DNA of 64,000 nucleotides from Rebecca billardiae RCC1528. Taxonomy: Eukaryota > Protista > Haptophyta. The stretch is from the NCBI GenBank assembly GCA_965240325.2, contig OZ251228.1, positions 2,232,001 through 2,296,000 of the forward strand, read 5' to 3'. The notes under the pieces were generated by a model. It ran no database searches. It had not been told where the DNA came from and worked only from the letters and a program-made list of their open reading frames with translations. Positions within the stretch are counted from its first letter, which is position 1. Each line of letters begins with the position of its first letter. Below, in pieces: positions 32,859 to 43,140 of the stretch. Position numbers and translations under genes: made by a program.

Positions 32859-34103
32859 ATGACGACGCGCGCAACGACCAGCGAGCCGAAGAAGCCGTCG
32901 GCGGACGCCCCCCAGGAGCCGCGGGCGACGAAGTCGCAGAAGACGAACGCCACGTCCGACGTCGCCGGCGATGGCGGCGTCACCTCGGACGGGTTCGGCA
33001 CGTCGAACCCGGCGTCGGGCGGCCGTGCGCACGGCGGCGCGTGCGGCAAGCGCCCAGCAAGCGAGTGCCCGCAGGCGGAGACTGCCACGGGCGCTTCGAA
33101 GAAGCGCAATGCCGCGCCCGGCCTCGCTGCCGACGACGCCATCGGCATGCAGTCGCCTGCTGGCAGCACGTCGGCCGGCGGAAGCAAGGAGCCGCTCCCA
33201 CCGGCGGCGCAGGCGGTGCAGGACAAGATGCTGAAGCAGGTGTGCGCCGGGCGTGCGCCGCGCGCGCGCACGCTGCCTTGTGCGTCGGCGCTGACCCACC
33301 CCGCACCGCGCATCGCCTGCGCCGTTCAGGCCGAGGCGATCAACCGGCTCGCGCAGCAGCGCGCCAAGGCGCTGGAGAAGGCGACCGAGCTGAAGCAAAC
33401 GTCGGTGTCGCTCGGCCCGCCGGCGAACACGTCGTCGTTCGCGCAGGACCACGTCGAGCGCTGCGCGGACAAGAGCAACATCCGCGTGAACATCGGCGCG
33501 CAGATGCCGACGAAGCTCACGTTCGACGTGCGCCGCCAGGTGGTGTTCGGCGTGTACGACGTGGTGCACCAGGAGGGCGTGCCGGGCGCCGAGGCCATGT
33601 TCAATGAGGGCAAGCACGTGAACAAGAACGGCGAGCAGCGCAGCTTTCTCTACAACGAGGCGCCGTCCATCGAGTACGTGCCGGTGGCGGATGAGGACGA
33701 GCAGTACCGCGTGCGCGTGCGCGCCATCGTGTTCGAGCCGCGCTCGCGCCTGATGGCGGGCCACATCCTGGAGGGCATCAAGACGGCGCCGCTCGGCTTT
33801 GCGCCCATCGTGGGCACGCTCCCGACGGTGGACGAGGTCGACCTGAACATCCCGATCGCGCGCCGCCACTCGCTGATGGCGTTCTACGACGTGGACGGCG
33901 AGGCGTTCGACATCTTCGGCGACGACCTCAAGTTCTACATCAAGGCCATCGAGGCGCTGGCGGTTCAGGCTGGCGCCAGCGTGCTGCAGATCGTGCGCAC
34001 GCCGATCGAGACGCAGATGCACTTTGGCGGAGACATCGTGCTGGCCTGCAAGGTGACGACGGCGATCCGTGCTGAGCTGGGCGTGGCGATCACGGGCATG
34101 TGA
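32859..34103 (+). CDS. Hypothetical protein; probable in-frame intron 33240-33329
   Basis: Strong GC3 bias, disordered N-terminus and globular-looking C-terminal ~250 aa. Intron CAG|GTGTGC..GCTGAC..TTCAG|. Confidence 0.75.
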   Translation: MTTRATTSEPKKPSADAPQEPRATKSQKTNATSDVAGDGGVTSDGFGTSNPASGGRAHGGACGKRPASECPQAETATGASKKRNAAPGLAADDAIGMQSPAGSTSAGGSKEPLPPAAQAVQDKMLKQVCAGRAPRARTLPCASALTHPAPRIACAVQAEAINRLAQQRAKALEKATELKQTSVSLGPPANTSSFAQDHVERCADKSNIRVNIGAQMPTKLTFDVRRQVVFGVYDVVHQEGVPGAEAMFNEGKHVNKNGEQRSFLYNEAPSIEYVPVADEDEQYRVRVRAIVFEPRSRLMAGHILEGIKTAPLGFAPIVGTLPTVDEVDLNIPIARRHSLMAFYDVDGEAFDIFGDDLKFYIKAIEALAVQAGASVLQIVRTPIETQMHFGGDIVLACKVTTAIRAELGVAITGM

Positions 34104-34563
34104 GACGGCTGGCAAGACTGTGTGCGGGTGGGTGGGAAGGGGGTCGAGCACGGGTGGGTGGGAAGGGGTTCGGGTGGGCACGTGGGCCCGCAGTCGGTGA
34201 TAGGCCCCGCATGCACCGCCGAAGCGGTGTGCGTGTTGCAGCACGCACGGCCGATGCTGCAGCACAGTGACTGCGTGATCGGATAGAATACGACGTCAAG
34301 TATGATTTTTAGGGCGCGTGCCGCGCATAGACCGAATGGTGCACAGCGCCGGCGTGCACTAGCCTGGGGCTGGCAGGCGTCGTCCAGGCGGGAATGAATA
34401 CGTCATTATTCTCGCAGTTATTATTTCAGCTCCGCGCCTTGATCCTTGACGATTTTCCAAGCTCGGAGTCGGAGGATCAGCAACATCATCCTCAAGCGTT
34501 CTGCGACCTAGGAATCTAGGATCAGCGCAACATCGTCAAACGTGCTGAGACCTAGGTAGCAGC

Positions 34564-35367
34564 TTATATGTACGTTTGTTGCTCTGCTGTGTGCCAACCT
34601 AGGCAACCTCGACATTCCTCGACATTCCTCGGATCGTACACGACGAGCTTGGCAGCGCCGGGGATGGCCAGCACAGCGTGCAGCTGAGCTCGCGTGCAGT
34701 CATGCGCCTCGTCGAGCAGCACCAGATCGAAGCGCGTGTCGCGTTTGGCGTAGTCGAGTTGGTACAGCTTGAAGAGCACAGCATGCGTCCGTGCGGCATG
34801 TGAGCTGGGGTCCGCCTGGCGCTCCCACACGCGGCGCGCCGAGGCAAGAACAGCGCCGCGGCACCGGGCAAGCGCGGGCAGGTGCGCGTCGCAGAGGTGC
34901 GCGTCGGCCGATGATAGAAACGCACGCAGCGTCGCGCGCACGTCCGTCAAGCTGTCGTCGTCCGGCGCGTCACACGGAAGCACAGCCACCTGGTCGGCGA
35001 TGTGGCCGCCGTGCAGGGCATGCGTCGCCTCGAAAGCCAGAGCGTCGAGCGTGCACACGCGCACGTGCGCCATCGCGGAGCACAGCTCAGCCTGCTCCGC
35101 TGCCGCGCTGCGATTGAACGTCACGAGAACGGTGCGCAGGTGCGGTCGCGCCGCAGCGAACGCGCGCAGCGCGTGTGACTTGCCGGCACCTGCAACGGCG
35201 AGAATCTTCATCACATCACCGCGCTGCAGGGCGGTGTGCACGATAGCCTCGAGGCTGCCGGGTGGATCGTGGCGAACGAGAGCATGCAGCAGCACGCTCG
35301 ACGTCGGGCGTGCGAGCGGAGCGGCAGCCAATCGGCGTCGGCGCGGGCGCGCCGGCCCGGGCGCCAT
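34564..35367 (-). pseudogene. Truncated SF1 (UvrD/FBH1-like) helicase, N-terminal ATPase half only
   Basis: Walker A KILAVAGAGKS, motif Ia VTFN, TLDALAF, LFKLYQL, Walker B FDLVLLDEAHD. Motif III VVYDP is cut off at the 34561-34631 repeat. Confidence 0.85.
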
Positions 35368-35644
35368 GCAGTAGCCTGCGGTTGGCGCGTTCAGCTGAGC
35401 CAAATCGAAGCGGCGGGCGTGAAGGTGGGTTCCGGTGAGGTGGTTCCCCCACGTCGCGATGAGCACGCTCGCCACCGGACTTTGCCGAGGTTGTCGAGGT
35501 TGCCGAGGTTGTCGACGTTGGCGAAAACGTAGCAACCGACCCATCCGACCTCAAAGGTATTGCCTTCGGCTTGGCTGATCCCCTTCATTCCTTTGGCTGA
35601 GTCAAGCAAGGGCGCTTCCCGGGATCCTGCCACACGCTCCCGAA

Positions 35645-35677
35645 AGCAATGCCCCCCCCCTGGGGGGGGGCATTGCT
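35645..35677. other. Perfect 16-bp-arm palindrome AGCAATG-C9-T-G9-CATTGCT
   Basis: Directly visible. Confidence 0.9.
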
Positions 35678-35810
35678 ACCGGACTGGCGCGGGCCGTAAT
35701 CAAATGTACCCGCTTGAAATAGAGGAAGCCCATTTCAATAGGAACGCGGTTCGATTTGGCGTATGACCAGTGCGGGGAACGCCCCTGGTGTCCGGAGGGA
35801 GTCTCAAAAT

Positions 35811-35944
35811 TCGAAACTCGGTCTCCTTCAGCCCTGAAAATCGTCCCCCGTCCCTTTTTTCTTTGATCAAAGATCTTTTTGAACGTGGTTCGGGCCCGCT
35901 GGTGCGGGCTCCAGGCTGCGCGCTCCGCCCTGCACCGCGGGCCA
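35811..35944 (-). mobile_element. 5' end of a third Helitron2-like element (family of element B)
   Basis: Reverse complement matches 25107-25245 (GGCCCGCGGTGCAGGGCGGAGCGCG..TCAAAAAGATCTTT..GATCAAAGAAAA..GGGACGGGGGACGATTTT). No matching 3' end found. Confidence 0.7.
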
Positions 35945-36090
35945 GCAATAATAAAACCGTGCTGACTCCTTATTGTCTCCACGGTTGTCCTTTCCCCGTT
36001 CCCGTTTCCGTCGCACCCCTCGGCCTCGCCTAGCGACTAACTACTAACTAAGCGAGGGGTGCTCGATGACCCAAATGTTCTACTTGACTA

Positions 36091-36275
36091 CTATGATTTA
36101 CCGACACGTAGTAGGTAGGACGGCGCAGACTGTCTCCTGATTCGTCGTCGGCAGTGCCCGATCGTCTGACACGAAGTCGACGCTGGTGGTGCCAGAGCAT
36201 AGCCTGAACGAGTGAACCGCGCAATCAAATGGCTTGAGCGCGGCGGCCTTGAGCTGCTGGAGCGCAATCCACCTG
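36091..36275 (-). repeat. Dispersed repeat, copy 2
   Basis: Inverted homology to 8341-8507. Confidence 0.8.
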
Positions 36276-37492
36276 CGCTGCGCGGCTCGCATCCGTTACT
36301 TACTACTCGGGAGATTAGCAGACTTGTGCACGACCTGAAAATTTGCGGATATATATGTGGCGTTATAACGCAGTTATAACCGAATGTGTCGGGAGGCTGG
36401 AAGGTGATGCGTCGCAGTGTCGTGACAGCCAAGGCCAAGGGCCTCCATCGTCTACCTGATCCTGCAGGTAGTTGCTTCGTGCTGGTACGGCGCTCGAGAT
36501 CATATCCAAGATCATCTGCAGTCATCCGAGTGGCAGCTTTCCAGTTCATCAAGCAACTAACCAGTCGAGCTCACACAAATCGGCACTTTACGACCTTTCG
36601 CGCCGAGCTCACAAGCTGCTCATCAGTTACTGCCAGTCGGCCCCTTGCCTCATCATCAGCAAACGAGGCCCCATCTCCTTCGCCGTCGCGTGCTTCTTTG
36701 CTCGTGCTCGCTCGCTCGTTTGGGGACCTTGCTGCCACACGCTGGCGCAGTCTGCGCGCAGCTTTGGCACCGTCGGCTCAGTCGCTCTTCCCGTCATCCA
36801 GGGACAAATCCCCACCTCACACAAGTATATATACACATCGATTGGCGCCGCTTCAATCTTTGTGCAGGAGGACACATATATATATATATATATATATGGG
36901 GATTAGTCTTTTCCGAAAATGAGCAGGTTATTGCCACTGCCGCCATTGACGTCAGCAGAGCAGCACCGGCCAAGCTCCCGGATCCCCCGTCGGGCGGCCA
37001 GTGATGGCCGGCCAGCGGCTGTCGTCTGCTATTTTGAGGTGTCAATAGCGGATCATGTTTGCGGAGCGCTTTGCGCACGCAGTTTGATGCGCTCATCGTC
37101 GTCGGAGAGGTGGTGCAGGTGGCACGGGAAGCGCCAGGCGCCAGCCGCCCGGGCCGGGTTGGAGGCCGTGCCGCACACTGCACAGCAGCGCGACCCCCGT
37201 GTCGGGCCCGTGCTTCTGCGCCATCGCGCACGCCTCCGGGAAGGCGGCAGCTGCTTGCCGAGCGTGCCGATGTGCGGCTGGCAGGTCCCAGTCAGAGTCG
37301 GTGCCGCGGTGAGTGGAGGGGCGCCGGTCGACTTGAGCGGAACAGGGGCGTGAAACGGTGAAGTCGAGCGCGGTGAAAACCTTCTGCCGTGCCCGGTGGC
37401 GTCTCGGCCCGATGCCGGCGCTCGCTCGCACGAAAAGCTCGTCGTGATGACCGTCGGGAGATCATCACGACCAGCCACGCTTCACGGCTTCA

Positions 37493-39067
37493 TCAGCCTG
37501 CACCGTCGCGGACCACCCTCCTGGCCATCACCACAGGTATGTCCTGTGGTTGCTGCCGTCGTGCTGCTCCCGCCGCTATGGATGATGACGGTAGTGCTGG
37601 TAGACCCTGGTCGTAGCTGCCATGGGCAGCCCGGACTGCGTTGTCACCTGCGTTGCCGGGCAAGGCGGACAGGTGCCGCTCGTCCAGGGCCCAGGCACCA
37701 TCATTGACCACCCCGTCGTCAACCGAATGGATCGTGCCATCTGGCAAGCGCCAGCGGACGATGCTGACAGCGACCAGCGGCGGCGGTGGGGAAAGCTGCG
37801 GCGCGGCGTCCGAAACAGCGGCGAAGCAGCTGGTGGGTTTGTGCTGTCGCTTCGCTGCGCGTGTGCCCTGGTCCCCGGTGCCATGCTCCAGCCTGCGCTT
37901 GGGGACGGCAAGCCGAGTGTTAACCATGCCGGCCAGCTTGTGTTCAACGCACCGGCTGGCGCGCGCGTCGCCCGGCATGCCGAATGAAGGCGCCTTGGTG
38001 CAGTCAGCGTGATCACACTTGGGGTTCTTCACGTCGACCATACCGGCCAGCTTGTGCGTACCGCACCGGCTGGCGCGCGCGTCACCCGGCATGCCGAACG
38101 AAGGCCCCTTGGTGCAGCCCGCGTGGTCACACTTGGGGTTCTTCACGTCGACCATACCGGCCAGCTTGTGCGTACCGCACCGGCTGGCGCGCGCGTCACC
38201 CGGCATGCCGAAAGAAGGCACCTTGGTGCAGTCAGCGTGATCACACTTGGGGTGCTTCACGTCGACCATGCCAGCCAGCTTGTGCGTAGCGCACCGGCTG
38301 GCGCGCGCGTCGCCCGGCATGCCGAAGTAAGGCACCTTGGTGCAGCCGGTGTGATCACACTTGGGGCTCTTCACGTTGACCATGCCGGCCAGCTTGTGCA
38401 CTGCGCACCGGCTGGCGCGCGAGTCACCCAGCATGCCGAAAGAAGGGTGCTTGGTGCAGCCTGTGTGATCACACCTGGGGCTCCTCACGTCGACCATGCC
38501 GGCCAGCTTGTGCGTGGCGCACCAGCTGGCGCGCGAGTCACCCGGCATGCCGAAGTAAGGCGCCTTGGTGCAGCCGGTGTGATCACAATTGGGGTGCTTC
38601 ACGTCGACCATGCCGCCCAGCTTGTGCGTAGCGCACCGGCTGGCGCGCGCATCGCCCGGCATGCCAAACGAAGGCCACTTGGTACAGCCCGCGTGATCAC
38701 ACTTGGGGCTCACCACGTTGACCATGCCGGCCAGCTTGTGCGTAGCGCACCGGCCGGCGCGCGCGTCGCCCGCCATGCCAAACGAAGGCTGCGTGGTGCA
38801 GCCCGCGTGATCACACTTGGGGCTCTTCACGTCGACCATGCCGGCCAGCTTGTGCGCAGCGCACCGGCTGGCGCGCGCGTCGCCCGCCATGCCAAACGAA
38901 GGCTGCGTGGTGCAGCCCGCGTGATCACACTTGGGGCTCTTCACGTCGACCATGCCGGCCAGCTTGTGCGCAGCGCACCGGCTGGCGCGCGCGTCGCCCG
39001 GCATGCCAAACGAAGGCCCCTTGGTGCAGCCCGCGTGACCACACTTGGGGTGCCTCGCGTCGACCAT
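37493..39067 (-). CDS. EsV-1-7 cysteine-rich repeat protein, 10 repeats (copy 2)
   Basis: Same 38-aa unit and same C-terminal tail as copy 1. First ATG is 39067. Confidence 0.88.
   Translation of the reverse strand: MVDARHPKCGHAGCTKGPSFGMPGDARASRCAAHKLAGMVDVKSPKCDHAGCTTQPSFGMAGDARASRCAAHKLAGMVDVKSPKCDHAGCTTQPSFGMAGDARAGRCATHKLAGMVNVVSPKCDHAGCTKWPSFGMPGDARASRCATHKLGGMVDVKHPNCDHTGCTKAPYFGMPGDSRASWCATHKLAGMVDVRSPRCDHTGCTKHPSFGMLGDSRASRCAVHKLAGMVNVKSPKCDHTGCTKVPYFGMPGDARASRCATHKLAGMVDVKHPKCDHADCTKVPSFGMPGDARASRCGTHKLAGMVDVKNPKCDHAGCTKGPSFGMPGDARASRCGTHKLAGMVDVKNPKCDHADCTKAPSFGMPGDARASRCVEHKLAGMVNTRLAVPKRRLEHGTGDQGTRAAKRQHKPTSCFAAVSDAAPQLSPPPPLVAVSIVRWRLPDGTIHSVDDGVVNDGAWALDERHLSALPGNAGDNAVRAAHGSYDQGLPALPSSSIAAGAARRQQPQDIPVVMARRVVRDGAG
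37925..39064 (-). repeat. 10 x 114-bp coding tandem repeat
   Basis: Counted from the translation. Confidence 0.97.
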
Positions 39068-39190
39068 GCTGGCCAGCGTGTGCGCAGCGCAGGGGGCTCC
39101 TCCGCTCCCGTGCACCGCGCCGCTGAGTCAAGGGAGTGCCATCGGCTTGGCTGAGTGCACGCGCCGCCGCCCGCCGTCGTCTTCGGCCAC

Positions 39191-39923
39191 ATGGCGGCGA
39201 GCGACGCCATCCTGTACGAGGTCTTCCTCCACGGCGCCGAGTGGAGCACCGCGGCGGGCAGCGCCGAGGAGCTCGCCGAGGGCATCGGCTCGCTCGGCGC
39301 GGGCGAGGGCGAGCTCGTGCCCGCGCGAGCGCCGCCGCCGGCGCCGCCGCTGCGCGGCGCCGCGCTGCGCGTGTGGCGGCTCGATCCGGCCGCGCTCGTG
39401 TCCGTGGTCGTGGACGCGAGCTCGGCCGCCGACGCGGCGCGCGGCGTGCTGGCGTGGGTGCGCGCCGCGCTCGCGCTCGCCCGCTCGCCGCCGCCGCCCG
39501 CCCTCGTGCGCGCGCGGCGCGACGCGGCCGATTGGCAGCTGGCCGTGTCGGCCGGCGCGGAGGTGGTCGCGCTCGTGCGGCACCACGCCGTCTCGCTGCA
39601 TGAGCAGCAGGACAACTACTCGACGATCGCCGCGATCGCGCCGCTGCCGCCCGACCGCCGCCCCTCGCTCCGGCTGAGCGCGTGGGCGACGGACGCGAGC
39701 GCGCTCGCGGTCGCGGGCTCGGACGCGTCGGTGCGACTGATCGAGCGGCGCGGCGCGCTGCTCTGCGCGCTCGACGGCGGCGAGTGGGGGCTGCGCGCGC
39801 GCGGCGGGCTGGTGGCGCTCGCGCTGCGCGCGCTGCCCGCCGGGCGCGGGCTGCTGCTCCACGTGCTCTCGTCCGACGGCTGGCTGCAGCTGCTGCACAT
39901 TGCGTGGGCGGTGCCGGAGGGCT

Positions 39924-39963
<40 letters not shown>

Positions 39964-42577
39964 CACCGCTGGCGGCGGCGGGCCGGCGGGCGCGGCGCCG
40001 GCCGCTGTGTGCGCGCTCGGCGGCGCGCGCGTCGCGCCACCCGGCTGCGCCGCGTGCGCCCTCGAGCTGATGGCGCCGCGGCACGGCGCGGGCGGCGCGG
40101 GTGGCGCGGCCGAGGGTGCCGGCGCTCCCGCGGGCGCTGCGCTCGACGCCGGTGCGACGGACGTCGCCGACGTGTCTGACGTCGTCGTGGGCGGCGCCGC
40201 CGCGGACGGCGCGCCCCTCGTCGCCGTGTGGCGCGCGCACGTGCTGCGCCCGCTCGGCGCGCGCGGCGCGGCGGCGCCGCGAGGCGGCGCGGCGGCGCGC
40301 GTGCGCGTGGTCGCACTGGCGAGCACGGCGGATGCGCGCACGGGGCGCAGCGCGGCGGCGTCGGCCGAGCTGCTCGGGCGCGCTGCCGGCGGCGGCGAGG
40401 ACGCCGTCGCGCCGGTGCACTGCGTGCGCGTCTCTCCGTCGGGCGAGCGCGTCGCGTGCCTCGACACGGCGGGCTCGCTCTGCGTGTGGCGATACGCGCA
40501 CCCGCCGGCGCCGGCGCGGCTCGCGGGCGGCGCGGGCGCGCGCGCGGGCGGCGGCGACGGCGACGGCGGCGAGGAGGACGGCTCGGCGTCGCTCACGCTC
40601 GAGGTCTCGATGCCCGCCCCCGCGCCGGGGCCCGCCCCCGCGCCCGCCCGCCCCTGCGCCGTCTCCTTCTGGTCCGAGACCGCGCTGATCGTCGGCCGCA
40701 CGGACGGCACAGTGAGTGTGTGCGCGCCTCCAGACTCTGCGAATCTGCTCGGCGACGCGCCGGAGCAGCTGGCGCCGGGCGGCGTGGCGGCGCTGACGAG
40801 CGCGCACGACGGCGCCTTCTTCTGCCTCGAGCGCGAGCGCGCGTGGCGACGCCACGCCTCGCGCGCGCGCGAGGCTGCGTGGGGCGGGCGGCGCGGCGCG
40901 CTCGGCGCGGCGCGCGCGGCCGCGGCGCGCGCCGTCGCCGCGCTGTGGTTCGCGTGCGCCACGCTGCTGCGCTGGGCGCTCGCGTGGGCGGTGGCGCTGC
41001 CGGCGGCGTCGGCGCCGGGGCTGGTCCCCGTCGACACGTACCGCCTGCTCTCCGTGCGGCGCACCTCCGCCGCGCTCCTCTTCGAGCGCCGGCTGCGCGC
41101 GCGCGACTGGGCGGGTGCGCTGCTGCTAGCGCGCGCGTACGGGCTGGGCGCGGACCCGGTGTATGAGGCGCAGTGGGCGGAGCTGAGCGGGGCGAGAGGG
41201 TGGGCGAGGGCGCCGGGCGAGGCGGGCGCGGTGGGCGCCGCGGCGCACACGCCGCCGGCGCACGCGCCGCCCCTCAGCGCCGCCGCCGTCGCCGCCGTCC
41301 TCGAGCCGCTGCGCTGCGCGCGCGCGGCCGTGCGCGCGTGCTTGGGCGCGGTGCCGCCGAGCGCGGCCGAGGCGCGCGCTCTGCTCGAGTACGCGCGTGC
41401 GCGGTGCGTGCGCGCGCTCGAGGCGAGCGAGCGCGAGGCGCGCGCCGGCGCGGCCGAGCCCGACGCCGACGAGACGCCGGCGGCGTGGCGCGCGCGGCTG
41501 CGCGCCGTGCGCGCCGCCGCGCGCCGGCTGGCCACTTTCGAGGCGATGATGGCGGCGGCCGCGGCGGACGGCGGCGGCGCCGAGGGCGGCGGGCTGGCAC
41601 CCTTCGACGCCGCCGCGTTCCTCCGCTTCCGCGACGCGCCGATCGCGCTCTCGCTCGGCGCGGCCGCGCGCGCCGCAGACCTGCGCACCCTCCGCCTGCT
41701 CTGGGCCCGGCACGCGACGCGAGAGCTGTCACTCGGCGCACAGCTGGAAGCGCTGGCGCAGCTGCCCGCCGTCACGGAGGCGGAGGCGGTGCGCGAGCTG
41801 CTGCCGCGCGTGCGCGCGCGCGCGCCGCGCCGCCGTGGGCGCGCGCGCGCGCGCGCCGAGGCCGAGTCCGACGCGAGCGAGGCGGAGGCCGCGGACGCGG
41901 ACGCGGCGGCCGCGCCGGGCGCGGACGGCGCTTCAGGCTCGAGCGAGGGCGGCGGCAGCGAGGCGGAGGGTGCGGCGCCGGCCGCGGCGGAGCGGGCGGC
42001 GGAGGCGAGGGCGGAGGAGGCGGAGCGCGCGCGCGCCGTGTGCGCGTGGGCGTGCGAGCGCGCGCGCGCCGTCGAGGCGCGCACGGGGCTCGTCGACCAC
42101 GCCCTCGCCCTCGTGCACGCCGCACTGACGCAGGAGGACGCGGCGAGCCGCGCGGCGGAGCGCGCGGCCGATGGCTCCGGTGGCGCGGCCGCGCGGTCCG
42201 CGCTGGACGAGCTGCGCGCGCTGGGCTGCACACTGAGCGAGCTCGCCTTCCTGGTGTACCGGCAGACGGCGGCGGGCGCGGCGGCGGACGGCGGTGCCGA
42301 TGGCGCTGAGGGCGGCGGCGGCGCTGACGACGACGACGACGACGACGACGCGTACAGCGCTGAGCACCGCCCGAGCGTTGGCCTCGGCGCCGCCGCCTCA
42401 GCCTCCGCCGCTCTGGAGTGGCGGCTGTGCTTGTACGAGCGACTGCAGCCGGGCGCGCGCGCGCACGCGCTGCTCAGCTCGTGCGACGCGAAGGCTGAGC
42501 TCGGCTTCGTGCTCGCTGAGCTGCTGCCGCCGCTGCTCGCGCGCGCGGCGGAGGGCGCGGCGGCGGGCGCGGCGGCG

Positions 42578-42639
<62 letters not shown>

Positions 42640-43063
42640 GGAGCGCTCGCGCCGGCTCGCGTCCGCCGCCGTGGACGTGCTGGCGGCCGCGCTCGCGCCG
42701 CGGCCGCGCGCGCCCGAGGTCGGCGCCGGCGCCGGCGCCGGCGCGCACCCGCCTGTGCCCGCCGCCGCGGACGAGGGCGGCGCGGAGGAGGAGGAGGAGG
42801 CGGCCGCGCTCCGGCGGTGCCGCTGGCTGGTCGCACTGGCGCGCGCGCCCGCCGCCGAGCACGCCGCGCTGCTGCCGCTGCTTGGCGGCGGCGAGGGCGC
42901 GGCGGGGATGCGCGCGCGCGTGGCGTCCGTCGTGCTCTCCGCTCTGTACGCCACATCGAGCGCCCACGCGCGCGCCGTCGACGCGGTCGTCGCCCTCGCC
43001 GCCGAGCTGCCCGCACTGCTGCCAGACGGTGGCGGTGGCGGTGGCGGTGGCGGTGGCGGTGGC

Positions 43064-43140
<77 letters not shown>

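Noticed and set aside
25107-35944. One 10.8-kb element bounded by ~140-bp TIRs (Polinton/virus-like)
   Set aside because: The arms are clearly diverged, there is no TSD, and no integrase, polB or capsid is recognised. The left arm already has its own 3' end at 27970.
30088-39064. 114-bp arrays as CRISPR arrays
   Set aside because: They are contiguous in-frame coding repeats with no unique spacers and no cas genes, in a eukaryotic context.
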